Assembly (NCBI GenBank): GCA_951406725.2
Contig: OX597821.1
Coordinates: forward strand, 61,194,001 to 61,258,000
DNA length: 64,000 bases
Direction of reading: 5' to 3'
Origin: Octopus vulgaris
Lineage: Eukaryota
The notes beneath the pieces are model-generated. The model saw nothing but the letters and a program-made list of their open reading frames with translations. It had not been told where the DNA came from and did no database searches. This document shows, one piece after another, positions 50,724 through 64,000 of the stretch. The first letter of the stretch is position 1. Every line of letters begins with the position of its first letter. Position numbers and translations under genes: made by a program.

Positions 50724-50827
50724 TTCTTCTTCTTCTTCTTCTTCTTCTTCTTCTTCTTCTTCTTCTTCTTCTTCTTCTTCTTCTTCTTCTTCTTCTTCTT
50801 CTTCTTCTTCTTCTTCTTCTTCTTCTT

Positions 50828-50858
<31 letters not shown>

Positions 50859-50885
50859 TTGTTATTGTTATTATTATTATTATTA
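50724..50885. repeat. (TTC)n then (TTA)n microsatellite
   Basis: Direct inspection. Confidence 0.95.
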
Positions 50886-50886
50886 A

Positions 50887-51057
50887 AGCGTAGCGGTATT
50901 TCCCCAGTTGCTACGTTCTGAGTTCAAATTCAGCAGAGGTCGACTTTGCCTTTCATCCTTTCGTGATCAATAAAGTATGTACAAGTTGAACACTGGGATC
51001 GATGTAATCGACTCATCTCCACTTCCCCCAAGCTGGCCTTGTGGCAAAACTTTGAAA
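50887..51057 (+). mobile_element. Family-A SINE, 5'-truncated
   Basis: tacgttctgagttcaaattcagcagaggtcgactttgcctttcatcctttcg. Confidence 0.75.
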
Positions 51058-51355
51058 TGAAAATAATAATAATTATTACTATGCTAGTCTATGCTAATTT
51101 AGCTAACGGGTATTTCATTTTGTAATATGGTGACAGCTCTCCTCAAATAACAAGAACCATCCTTCGAATTATTCCATAGTATATATTGGTACTTTCATGC
51201 AGATCGACAGTGAAATCGAATAAACGAACATTAAAAATAACAACAGCAAGCCAAAAGAGGGCGCGCACATGGAGTGTAGCAGTTTGACACTCGGTTAAAA
51301 GATAGAGATTTTGACATTTCAGCATAGATCTTCTTCGGAAAGGAAAACAAAAAAG

Positions 51356-51409
<54 letters not shown>

Positions 51410-52011
51410 GTATTTGCTAAGGTGTGTATATTTATGTTTGTACGTATGGGTGTAAGTCCGTATTTAGGGAAAAACGTTTCTCAAAAGAACAATCATTGTA
51501 TTTATTTGTTTCTAAGTACTGTATGAGCAACTTTGTAGTGCGATGAATAAGTTTGATGTACTTAAATGATATGATCAATAAAAATATACGAGACTGATTA
51601 TCCAGCTTTTCAATCTTTATTTTAAAATGGTTTGGAGGGTGGCAAAACTAGTGTGTAAGAGAATCAACCAAAACGACAATATTTGAAACTCATTTCACAC
51701 TAATCAATTTTCGACCAAATTTTCTCTTTTTTCTTTTTCTTTCTCTTTCATCTATAGCTGATGCATTTATTACATGGAGATGTGAATTTTATGAACATGT
51801 AAAATCTAAAAACACGCCCCTGTTAAATTCATGAATTAATTTTAATATGTGTAGTTGATGAATTTTCAGGCGTATATTACGTCTATCTTATTAGCTATAA
51901 AGTATTATATTGCCACTTTGAACTGAGTATAATTTGATTTTGAATAAATTTTAGATGACAATCTCATAAAACTTACATGAGATATTTATGAATAATATAT
52001 ACGTATTATAT

Positions 52012-52096
<85 letters not shown>

Positions 52097-52138
52097 ATAT
52101 AATATAATATAATATAAATATTATATATATATATATTA

Positions 52139-53250
52139 TTGGTCATCCCATAAATAATGCGGTTTTTTATACTTCCTTTATTTTCCTTTTTCAATGTAAA
52201 ATATACTCTCCTTCATTTTCTACAATGCTCTTCCATCTGTCTGGTAGACTTGCAAGGCCCCGTTTTGTCCCAGTACTCCTCTAGTACTGTTCTGGTTCCG
52301 TCTACAGAATCCATATTTTTTCCATCGAAATGATTTTGAAGATTGCGGAATAAATGATAATCAGTTGGGGTAATGTCCGGCAAATGTGGTAGGTGGAACA
52401 TCGTTTCTTATTCAAACTGCTCCAGCCTTTGGAATGTCATCCTCGCTGTATGTGTCTGAGTACTATCCTGACGGAAGAACACTTTTCATCTTCGAACCAA
52501 AATTGGTCATTTGCCTTCTGGTGCTGACTTAAGATGCTCAAGTTACTCGCAGTAGATCTCCTTTGTTATCGTTTGGTTTGAGTTGAAAAGTTCAAAGTGG
52601 ACAACACCATTCATATCCCACCAAACCGATACCAACACCTTACGTGGGTGAAGGCCTTCTTTAGCCTGGGGGGAGAGGCACTTCTCCGTTCCCTACACAC
52701 TGTTTTGGTGCTTCGCATTTTAATAGAGAAGCCCATTTGTCGTCACCAGTCACTATTCGTCAAAAAAAGTTTCATTCGTGAGATGTGACAGCAAAGAAGA
52801 GCACACATTCAGAACGTTTTTGAGGAACCCATTGACCCAATTTCCTGACTATTCCAATGGCAGGCAGATGTCAACGAATGGTTGAATGACCACATTCAAG
52901 ATTCACTACTTGTTTCTCGATGGTTACAATGGCATTGTGTGTCACCGTGTTTTGCAGGACGTCCTCGCCGAGCTCTACAGATCTTTTAGAATGAGGCTTG
53001 TCTTCTAGATTGTAGTTTTCGGCTCGGAAATTCTGGAACCACCATTGACACTGGCTAACGCTTATTGTCGATCCCCATATACTGCATTAATATTCCACGT
53101 ACCTTCTTTTGAGGTGTTTCCTTTATTGAGCTCATAAAGCAAATTATCCCGAATATGCTCCGTTGACACATCGAATATAGCTTTGAAAATATAACTGTGA
53201 AAATCGGACTGCACTCTTTAAAATTTGCACTAAGAGTAAGCACCGTGTAA
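52139..53250 (-). mobile_element. Decayed mariner transposon (second family)
   Basis: TIR-like TTGGTCATCCCATAAATAATGCGG. Minus-strand HIRDNLLYELNKG..CQWWFQNFRAENYNLED and PHLPDITPTDYHLFRNLQNHFDGK. Confidence 0.85.
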
Positions 53251-53809
53251 ATTTACTACCTGCTTATATAGACATACATAGACATGCGCGCACGCTCGCC
53301 CACGTACATGCGCTAATATGTATATAATCATCCACCCTCACTTGAAACACACGCATGCTCACCCTCACATTCGCCAAAAAAATATATACATACCCGCATA
53401 CACACCCGCACACACACGCGCACAAAAAATGTCCATACACACGTCTATATACGCACATGCACAAGAAAAAACAGGGTTAAAGGCAAAATACAGAAAAATG
53501 TGCAGAAAAAGTGTAAAAAATAAGAGTAAAACACGTCTATATACGCGCACACACACGTGTATACACGCACATACCAGCGCACACGCACGTACGCACAAAA
53601 AATTCCATATACACGTGTATATACGCACAGGAAAATGTAGGGCGGAAGGTACAATACAGAAAAATTATGTGTAAAAAATTATATGAGCAATAAAACTATA
53701 AAACAATATCTCTATAAATATGTAAAAGAAAAGATATAAAATATATAAGAAATATAAGTAAAAAGTATAGAGAGATAAAAAGCTTGTACATGGACATATG
53801 TTTCTTGAG

Positions 53810-53928
53810 TAACACTGCGATGGACTGGCCTCCCGTCCAGCTGGGGGGAACACATACGCCATAAAAACCGGGAAACTAGTCCCATGAGCCTGGCTAGGCA
53901 TGAAAAGGGCGCATAAATAAATAAATAA
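53810..53928 (+). mobile_element. SINE 3' part (family C-related)
   Basis: ctgcgatggactggcctcccgtccag..aaaccgggaaac..atgagcctggctaggc; (TAAA)n tail. Confidence 0.6.
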
Positions 53929-53934
53929 TTATAT

Positions 53935-54155
53935 AAAGTTAATCCAAACAAGAAAGCACAAAAAAACACAACGCGAGGACGTGGAACAAATATAGTATTA
54001 TTGGACGCTCAGGAAAGAAGGAAAGAAGGAAAGAAGAGGGTTAAACGTTTCGAGCGGAGCTCTTCGTCAGGAACATAGGAGAAGGAAAGATCCAAAGAAG
54101 GGAAGACAGAGGGGAAAAAATCGCCAACGGTACACACGCGGTCACATTTTGAATA
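53935..54155 (-). mobile_element. Short hammerhead-bearing repeat (Penelope pLTR-like)
   Basis: Contains the hammerhead-like core. Downstream cctgagcgtccaataatactatatttgtt resembles 60787-60817. Confidence 0.5.
54040..54074 (-). ncRNA. Minimal hammerhead-like motif
   Basis: GTTC-CTGACGA-A-GAGC-TCC-GCTC-GAAAC-GTT-TAAC. Confidence 0.55.
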
Positions 54156-54185
54156 AATAAGTATATATATTGAGAGAGAAGGAGT

Positions 54186-54223
<38 letters not shown>

Positions 54224-54699
54224 GATCCTTCGATATTAATGACATGTATAATTTTAATTATTAACAGCAATATCGTAGGAGCTGCTAATATGACGTGGTA
54301 CAATCAACGCAAACTATTGGAAGGAAGTTGAATTTTCCTACGTCTCGATGTGGAAGAAAATCCTCTTTCGACTATCGTCATAACGAAGCATCAAAATCTT
54401 ACATAAACACGTATTGCGGACTCATCACTAATAATTAAAAGTTGGATGAAACGTTTAATGTACGATATTAAGTCATTAGCATGGAGTATTTCGGTTGTTA
54501 TTTCCTTTGGTTTGTGTAATGACCCAGTCGGAGATAATATATCTACGACCCTTGTTACTAGCTATAAGACATCAAAAAAATAAACAATTCTTGTGTTTTA
54601 CTGAAATATTTTGGGGGCGGATAAGTTGATTACATCTACCCCAGTATTCAACTGGTACTTAATTTATCGACCCTGATAGAACGAACGGTAAAATCAATC

Positions 54700-55413
54700 A
54701 AACAGGAGTGAATATTTGCTGGTCGCTGTTAGAATTAACAATATGATATCTACCGAAAATGTGATAAACCCTTCAATATTTAAGGAACAAAATAAAGAAG
54801 AAAGAGTAAAAAAATGAAAAATTACGGGCAATACCTCAGAGAAATCGAAGGAAAACACAAGATCAACACTTGGAGATGGCAAAGAAAAAGTGTATTGAAA
54901 GGATGCACTGAGGCATTGATATGCAGCGCTCAGGAACAAGCACTGAGAACTAATTCCACCAAGTTCCAAATGGATAAGAGTAGCAAATCACCCCTTTGTA
55001 GGATATGTGGCAGCAGAAAAGAAAGAATTTCACATATTGTGAGTGAGTGTAGCAAGTTGACACAAAAACACTGCACAAGTTGGCACGATAATGTGGCTAA
55101 GGTAATCCACTCGAAGCTATGTGAAAAATACGGCCTGAACAGAGCACGAAATGGTACGAACATGAACCGGAGTAGTCGCCGAGAACAGTGAACATAAGAT
55201 ACTGTGGGATTTTACAATCCAATGTGACTTTCTAATCGATGCTCGTAGAGAAGATAGTGTTGTGGTAGATAAAGGAAAAAACGAATCTAAGATCATAGTT
55301 ATTGCAATACTTGGAGATTCAGCTCGAAAAATAAGGACTGTTACCTTAATTCACTGGTAATGAACAGCTGACACCGTAGTACATCTCCAGCTTTAGAAGC
55401 TGTGCAAAGGCAA
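54700..55413 (+). mobile_element. Dong/R4-clade LINE 3' fragment
   Basis: TEALICSAQEQALRTN..CRICGSRKERISHIVSECSKL..HDNVAK, then ILWDFTIQCD..DSVVVDK (RLE region). Confidence 0.85.
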
Positions 55414-55559
<146 letters not shown>

Positions 55560-56172
55560 GGATTTTGGTTACTCAATTACGGCAACATGTCACAAAATCA
55601 GGGTGAGCCTCATTTCATGTACTACAAATCATTATTTATATTTAAAAATTGCCAAATTCTTTCAACAATTCTTTCAGATTTGAGTTATGCTTCACGAAAC
55701 TTCAAAATTTGTTATTTTCTAGACATCAAATAATATGCTTTCGTTTCTATGTTAAACAACAAGTTGGCATTACTGAGAATATCACAAAAATATAGAATAT
55801 TCTCAGATTGGATATATTTATTTCATTTTAATATTTCTGAATAGAGAAAAATCGTTTCATCATAAAATATATCTCTATTATACTATCAAAGAACTTAGCT
55901 TACAAATTTCATATTTATGTTGACATATCATTTATAATCTGATTTTTTAACAACAATTGTGCGCTGCGTGAACAAACTCAATTTAAATTGTTGTCTTTCA
56001 TAAAGAAGATGTATAGGCTGTTTTTTTACTTCTAATTATAAATATACTTTCTGTCGTCTTTTAAGTAACTTATTTGCTGTCAATTTCATTTAAATATAGT
56101 TTCGAGAACACGAATTTCTATCATAAAACAGAATGGAGTTTATAAAATTGTTTATATATATATATAAAATTG

Positions 56173-56223
<51 letters not shown>

Positions 56224-56255
56224 TATGTATATCTCTATATCTGTCTGAATATCTG

Positions 56256-56355
<100 letters not shown>

Positions 56356-56419
56356 GCTAGCTAGCTAGCTAGCTAACTATCTATCTATCTATCTATCTAT
56401 TTATCTATCATATATATAT

Positions 56420-58412
56420 GGTGGTTGTCTACTCCTTATGCAGAGTTTGGCCGCCTCCTGTACCTACACCTTAGCAACATCATGGCATCTGATGTGGCTT
56501 TTTAGACCAGACAATGTTCCGAAAAGACATCTACATAGATTGCACATCCGATTTGGACCACACCACCAAGAGCAGCAGATAAGTTCCAATCTTAGTGGAT
56601 CTTAAAATGTCTTTTGGGGCCTCCGTTAGATTTGCAACCCTTCTAGCATACGCTAGCTACATTCAAAGGTGTGCACAGACATATAGGCAGAATAGTTGGT
56701 GGTGGTTCGTTTTCGATGGGTCCGCAAATGAAATCTGAGCCCAGTAAAAAACTGTGCACACAGAAAGGTCATTGTCATTCACTTTCTCGATCGTAACATT
56801 ATTCCTTAGATCTTTTAAGACATGCGTTATCATGGCCTCTTCAAATACTTTCACTCCACTCCACAATTTTGTTCGCCACCCAACACGATCCGAAGCAAGA
56901 TATTCTATGTCATCTGAATCCATTCCAAGTGACTTATGCCTTCCTTATGCATTATGCCTTCCTTAAACCTTTTGTTAGGTTTACGGCGATATCGATGACC
57001 CTCTGCAACCTCACCATGAAACAGCTGTTTCGGCATGCGTTCATCCGCCATTCGAACAATATGGTCATACCATCTCAATTGGTTTCTCAGAATCATAGCT
57101 TTAATTTAGGTGATGCCTGCAGATGCAAGGATATCTACATCGGGAGTAAAAGAACTCCATTTAATGTTTAAAATGCAATGAAGGCATTTTTGGAGGAATT
57201 GTTCTAATAATTTAAATGCCTCTCATAACAAGTCCATGTTTCATAAGAATTTTCAGGGATGGTATGACAAATGGTTTGTAAAGACCAGCTTTGTATTTTT
57301 ATTTATATGTCGCTGGCACCAAACGCGATTCCAAACCACGAAATGCTTTTGCTTCAGTGACAAGATTTCCATCATTTTGTATAGAGCATCCAAGGTAGAT
57401 GAACGAATCGACAACCTCAATTAACTTACCCTTAACAAAACTTTTAGTGGGGTTACAAACAGCACCACACTCGGGTTGATGCATTACAGCTGTTTCTGCA
57501 AGTTGATGGTCAAGCCAAAATCATCACAAGCCGAGTCAAATGCATATACAAGATCGCAATCGTCAGCGTGTAAAAGTTCCCTAATGATTGAAGTAAAAAC
57601 CTTTGTTTTGAATTTTGGTCTCTTCAGATTAAAAATATTCCCTGTTCGATATTTTATGTAAATACCCTCCTCAGAGATTTGAAAAGCACGTGACAACACA
57701 ACTGCAAAGTATATTGCAAAAACGGTGGGTGCCTCAAGGTCTCCTTGCTTTACTCCATTTTCTACGGCAAAAGATTCAGAGAACCTAGCACCAAAGTGAA
57801 CTCTAGCTTTCGTATCTTGATGCAAACCCTGTATCATGTTTACAATTTTTTCTGGGCAACCTATTTTCCTTAGAATTAGCCACAGAGCATTTCGATTAAC
57901 AGTATCGAATGCTTTGCTCAAATCAAGAATCAGTGTTATAGAGCAAGATTCTGTTCAATGCCCTTTTCTTGTATTTATTTGATAATAAAGATACAATCAG
58001 TTGTGCCCCTGGAGGAAAGAAAACCACACTGAGACTCAGACACTATATTTGAAGCTAAGAAGGTATTTAAACGTTCTAACAAAATGCGGGCAAGTACCTC
58101 TCCAACCACAGACAAAAGAGAAATCTCACGAAAATTACTATACAGATCCTTTGGCCCCGATTTATACAAGGAGACTAAAATTGTATCTGTCCAGTCTTGA
58201 GGCCCTTTCTCATTTGTCCAACAGTGACAAATTAATATAATTAAGAGTTCAAACATTTTGTCACCCCCATATTTCAAAACTTCTGCACAGATTCCATCAG
58301 ACCCTGGAGACTTATTTTTATTCAGCTTATTCACAGCTAAATAAATGTCACTAAGAGTTGGTTCAAATGCCATCTCTTCTACAACTGGAAGGTGTTCGAT
58401 TTTTTCTATCGT
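56420..58412 (-). mobile_element. Decayed RTE (BovB-like) LINE: RT plus three C-terminal C2H2 fingers
   Basis: KSPGSDGI, ESQCGF, SKAFDTVNR, NGVKQGD, LLHADD, FIYLG, QLRWYDHIVRMADERMPKQLF; fingers at ~56480-56770. Confidence 0.88.
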
Positions 58413-58414
58413 CT

Positions 58415-59090
58415 TCATGTAAAAACAGAGAGCGACAAATGCAGAATGCGTGGTTACAGGGGTTAAACAGTGTGGCACATTGTTACTGAATGCCCGGAAT
58501 TGGCACAATATGAATACAAAGGACGATGTGAGAATGTGGCAAGAATGATTCTTTGAAAACTCTGTGGAAATTATGGCCTAGAAAGATCAAAGATTTGGTA
58601 AGACCAAATACCAATGGGAGTTACTGAGAATGAGGTTTGCTAAATCCTCTGGGATGCAATGATTCAGCGTGACTATCAGATTAGAAATCGGAAACTGACA
58701 TTGTTGTGGTGAACAGCAAAGAAGAAGAACATGCCTGATAAACGACATAGCATGTCCAGATGACAACAGGATCGAAGAGAAAGAACAGTTATGACGATGT
58801 GAAGCTGGAAATATGCAGGCTGTGTGGAGTGAAGAAAGTGTGTGTGATCCTCAGAGTGATCGTCGCGCTTGAAAGCAACAGCCCTCTACTATCAATGTAA
58901 CTCAAAAAGTTTGATACAAATATAAGAATAGAATACCCGCTAAAATAATCGTTGCTTGAAACTGCCAGAGTTCTTCACAGGGTTCTTGAAGCATAATCAA
59001 TAAACAAGTGTCACCTTAGTTTACTGGATGTTGGCAGCTGACACTTTCCATACTAGTAAATAAACAGAGCTTTCATCAAAAAATAATAAT
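58415..59090 (+). mobile_element. Dong/R4-clade LINE 3' fragment
   Basis: DKCRM..TVWHIVTECPELAQYEYK..ILWDAMIQ..DIVVV..DIACPDDNRIEEKE; ends aataataat. Confidence 0.8.
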
Positions 59091-60411
59091 GACCAATAGC
59101 TATTGTAGAAATTAAACGCTGTCTTCAAACACGCGATGACAAGAAATGTAATTGTAGCGTAACTCCCTCAATGCCCTCTAAGCTCTCATTGTTTGTGTTA
59201 TAATGTTGTATATAATTGCAATGTAAAACTATTCATCGGGTTTTCAATCTGAAGCGCCATTACCTGGCACAAATCACATCTAATATCGAGCGTAAAAATG
59301 ACGCTTTGTTTGATAAACTTACGTAGGTCATTGAAAGCCAAAAATATGTCGTACGTTATCTCCTGGCATATTATTTAGACCGGAAATATGTACCAGGGTG
59401 TTGGGATTTATGCAACATGTGCTACAGACAATCTGTTGAGATATGTAAAGTGAATAAATACATCATATTAAATAAATGAGATATTCGCAACCACCAACTG
59501 CCATCACAAATATGATAAATGTTTTTTTCTTTTTATCCCCTATCGATCTATTGAAATTGACTTATATATTTCTGATTTTATTTTTAGGTGTCAGAATTTC
59601 CTCATCGTTTCCAAGTTTTGCATCATAACTTTTATTACGTTCATTTACATAATCCGATAGGAAGTGGGAATCATCTATAATTTACAAGAAACGTTGAACT
59701 TAATTGATCGGCACAAAAGCTATTTTTTTTTTACTCTATCACCTTCTCTTTTGTATACATGCCGGTTAGGATATCTTCAATAGACAAGAAATTTCATCTA
59801 TTTTATTTTTTCGTGCAGCATTCATGCATACATATATTTTAGATTTATACTCTGTTCATTTTGATTTACCATTCCTTAAATTTTCCCTTTCTTTTTAATA
59901 GTTGTTTATAAAAAAAGTTTTTGAAAATCTTTATCTCTCTTTACATTGATCGATTTCATTGCCTTTCTTGCAATAAAAATATATAATGTTTCCATCTCCA
60001 CTGTTGATAGCACTTCATCATGTATGTTGCTTCTCTTGGCACCTTTTTTAATCAATACGAGACACTTATCTCAAGTCAGGTTGTTAATAATTTGCTCTTT
60101 TTCGTCTAAATAATGCAAGGGACCTTCCCTTCATTTTTATGCTAGATTTCACTTACCCTGCATCTTCTCACTACTTGTTTTTTATAACTTTTCCTTGTAG
60201 TCAGTGAGATTTCGTACAGAGAACGGCATGCCACATTCGACTTTTTTTTTATCTTTCGTCATTTTGCTGTCACTCTATATCTTTAGACATAAAAAATACT
60301 CTTCCTCATATCCTTTCCACCTCTATATTCTTCATTCTTAGTTTTAGTCCTCCCTTCTCTTTATACTTTATATCTTCTTCACTGACATACTTCCTTCTCA
60401 TAATCTCAAAT

Positions 60412-60443
<32 letters not shown>

Positions 60444-60688
60444 TTTTCCTTCCTTTCGATCTTTCTTTCGTTCACTTTCTGTCTTTCCATTTTTGTTTGT
60501 TTCTTTCTTTTTTATTCTAATTATTTTAAAACAGCTTCCCTCTTTTAATAATTTCTTATTCTTTATTTAATTTCTTGGTCTCCTTTCCATTTGAGGCCAT
60601 AATTTATTCGTGCAAATGATTCAGTCTTGCTACACCCTTTTGACGATAAAATGCTGTGTATAGTGCATGAACGTACTCCTGTATAACG

Positions 60689-60720
<32 letters not shown>

Positions 60721-60739
60721 ATTTTTCCTCTCCTTGTTT

Positions 60740-60773
60740 TTTCTGTAGAAGAGCGTAGGCTCGAAACGTGAAA
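60740..60773 (+). ncRNA. Minimal hammerhead-like motif, mutated
   Basis: TTT-CTGTAGA-A-GAGC-GTAG-GCTC-GAAAC-GTG-AAA. Confidence 0.45.
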
Positions 60774-60861
60774 GACTTTTTCTATTCCTAAGCGTTATAC
60801 TAATACATCTATTTGTTTTGTACACCACCTGTCTTCGTCTTTTGTCTTTTTCGTAAACTCT

Positions 60862-60897
<36 letters not shown>

Positions 60898-61324
60898 TTA
60901 TTCAGTTTATTTTTACTTATGTGTTTTTCAATAATATTGCATTATAATGTTTACATATAATTGTATATCTACTAATATACTAATATCTATAATTCACGGA
61001 GGTCTAGAAACCGCCGTAAAGAACAAAAATTATACCACAGAGAGGTATATAGTAATTTGTGTAAAAATATTTGATACACCTATGATTCTTTCTCGATATT
61101 CGTTTCGAATGTTTCTGCAGCTCAGCACAAATGTTTAACGTGTCCTTTGATTTATACAGTTTTTGAGTCTATAGCAATACAATGCTGATTTTGGCCTTCG
61201 ACCACCTATATTGTTGTTATTATCAACTATTTGTATTGCCTTCGGTAATAATAACAATATCAATATTTATATAAATATTTGCTTCTGAATATTTTTTCTG
61301 CTGATATATATATATATATACATT

Positions 61325-61389
<65 letters not shown>

Positions 61390-61448
61390 TTATGTATATA
61401 TATAAATACTCACACATATATGTATACATATATAAGTATCTCTCTCTC

Positions 61449-61484
<36 letters not shown>

Positions 61485-61488
<4 letters not shown>

Positions 61489-61675
61489 TTTACTTGTTTC
61501 AATCCCTCACTTGAATATGGCCATGCTAGAGCACCGCCTTTAGTCGAACAAAGTGACTCCTGGACTTATTCTTTTTAAGCCTAGTACTTCTATCGGTTAC
61601 TTTTGCCGAACCGCACATAAACACTCCAACATCGGTTTTCAAGAGATGGAGGGGGTCAAACACAGACACACAAAT
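61485..61675 (-). mobile_element. Family-B SINE 3' half
   Basis: Reverse complement of the 39010-39214 region. Confidence 0.7.
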
Positions 61676-61698
61676 ACACACACACGGACACTCACTCA

Positions 61699-61771
<73 letters not shown>

Positions 61772-63576
61772 TTATATAGGTAGATAAATAAAGTGTGTGA
61801 GACATAGGTTAACAGAAAGATTGACAGATATAATTATAATTGTAATGAAGCTTTTTACAGTCAATGATAATATATTTCGTTATTCGATGGACTATATTGA
61901 AATATACTAATGTAATTCTATTACTCTCCGTGGTTGAAAGCAGATATTTGTGGTTCTTAATCCTCTGCGTTTTGATGCTGTCTAGGTATCTTGTTTATAT
62001 GTTACACTAGGATAACTTACAGTAAAACAAGCTATAAGTGGGGTGTTGCTTTCAGGTAGTGTATAGAGATTTCAGTTACTAATTCAAGTTGTAATAAATC
62101 TGTTTCATATGAGTTCGACACCCAGCTAGCTTCCACTTACAATAGCATAATGTGTTTTTTTTTCAGTTTTACGGAACTCTAGCTACCTCACTGCGTTGAT
62201 AGACAAAGTCTTGGGAGTAAACATTATAATGAATCCAGATTGGAGTCTGAGGTGGAATTGGTGTCATTATTCAATACTTTCCGAGCAGTCTTGTAGCTAA
62301 ATTGCTTTGCACTAATCAGTGTCACACCAGGAAGAAAGCAAGGGGATCCCTGGGGTTGAGAAATCGAAGACCTTTATACAATCGCCCAATCTTTCGTTCT
62401 GGAGATATCACTTAACTGTTACTATGGATACAAACAACTATAGAGCATCAATAGCTGGGAAAGTGTTGGACTGTAGCTAAAATTTTGACTGATAAGTATT
62501 GTAAAACTCAATTTTTTCTTGAGATGTGTGGATGCCAAAGAAGAAATATGAGCATAAAAAAGTTATTTAAAAAATCCTATTCTAAACACTCTTTTTTCTG
62601 CTGGGAATAAAATAGAGTAACGGTGTTCTTAATAACAAATCTTTGGTATTTTTTACTGACACGTTAACGCCGAGAAAATTTCTCAGGATTCTTATTCACG
62701 GAACAAACATGTTTACTACATTTCAGAAAACAACAAATGATTTTATTCTCATGTGTGTGGATTGTATATAATAATATTCAGTGACATTTTACCAGACCAA
62801 AAGTATCCACGGTCCTAATAGATAATAGATTATCTGAGTTTTAACTTCTATCTTTTCTGTAATTACCCACCGATTATTTACCATAAGATTTGTGTGTTGA
62901 TAAAATACAGTTACATTGAACAGACGACATTTAAACAACGAACTTATTTGAATAATAATAGGAATCTCACTAGCATTTTTATTATATACCAAATATCCAT
63001 ACAATTTCACTTTTCAATGAAACTTTGAATCTTGCTGCAAGAAGAATTGTAGCCTTTTGTGACTGGTTGGTGTGTGTTTACTTAGATATAGACATTGAGT
63101 TTAGCGAATATTTTACTGTCACAAGCGTCAGTATCGAAAGTACGTCACTCTCTTTTAATATTATCATACACAGAAACATTGACAGCTTTATCTTATCTGA
63201 AGGAATGAGGGCAAATTATCAGATATTTAAAAAATTTTCTATTCCTTCCTTTACAAAACTTATCGTAGTAACATAATAAAATCAATTTTATTTCAGTGAC
63301 GGTTTCAGTAAATATGTCCAAACACACACACACACGCACACACAAAAGGAAAAGAAATACATCTTGCATTTACATGTGTTCGTAAATATTATCATTTCAT
63401 GATGACTATCATTATGTTTATGAAATACCTATAAATCTGGGACCGCTATACTATACTTAAATTTTAGCAATTGGTGTTCAGTTACTTTTAGTTGTTGTAT
63501 CGGTTACACTTGATTATAGACAGTTGGAAAACCTTTAAAACATTATAAAGCTTCTTTTCATATGTAATATTTTACG

Positions 63577-63790
63577 GTGAGGTAAGCGGCTAGCAGAATC
63601 GTTAGCATGCTGGACAAGATCTTAACTGCACTTCGTCACCGTTTACGTTCTTAGTTCAAATTTCGACATGGTTGACTTTGCCATTCGTCCTTTTAGGAGT
63701 CGACGGAATAAGTACCTGTTGAAAACTGGGTTCGATGTAGTCGACTCTCTCTCCCGGAGTTGTTGACCTGATGCTAAGATTTGAAACCAA
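63577..63790 (+). mobile_element. Family-A SINE
   Basis: gctagcagaatcgttagc..tttacgttcttagttcaaat..gactttgccattcgtcc. Confidence 0.7.
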
Positions 63791-63929
63791 TATTTTAAGG
63801 TGTGGTTGGTGTGGCAACAAATCTCCAGGGCGCTGGATTATAGGTTTTCTGACATTGTGGTGACGTCTCTTTTGAGGGCGATATACTGTATGCAGTAATA
63901 TAATAAAGTTGATGAACCCGACTGTAAAA

Positions 63930-64000
63930 AATAAATAAATAAATGCGCCCTTTTAAAGCCTAACCAGGCTCATGTGTCCGGTTTCCCGGTTTCAATGGCC
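63930..64000 (-). mobile_element. SINE 3' end (family C-related), cut by the window edge
   Basis: Reverse complement of 53860-53925. Confidence 0.65.

Noticed and set aside
62780-63280. Short ORFs on both strands and a weak acceptor
   Set aside because: AT-rich chance ORFs with no homology I can recognise.

Overview
AT-rich, microsatellite-laden eukaryotic DNA. The repeat repertoire (tRNA-derived SINEs, RTE, Dong/R4 and CR1-like LINEs) suggests an octopus or other cephalopod genome; this is inference. No host protein-coding gene can be confidently called. The main feature is a 6.1-kb, near-intact, intronless Helitron on the minus strand (25180-31323). It encodes nine 23-aa STPR-like repeats, a Cys cluster, an HUH Rep and a PIF1 helicase, broken by one frameshift. 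It has a duplicated 5' terminus and two non-autonomous relatives with swapped ends, one nested in an Hsmar1-like mariner. Invisible to the ORF track are five minimal type-I hammerhead-ribozyme-like motifs, mostly degenerate, in short non-coding repeats. One lies inside a foldback element with Y-folding termini that has a homologous foldback nearby, which suggests non-autonomous Penelope-like or retrozyme-like elements. The window also holds CR1-like, RTE (one with three C-terminal C2H2 fingers) and Dong/R4 LINE remnants, Tc1/mariner remnants and many SINEs. All alignments and folds were done by eye.
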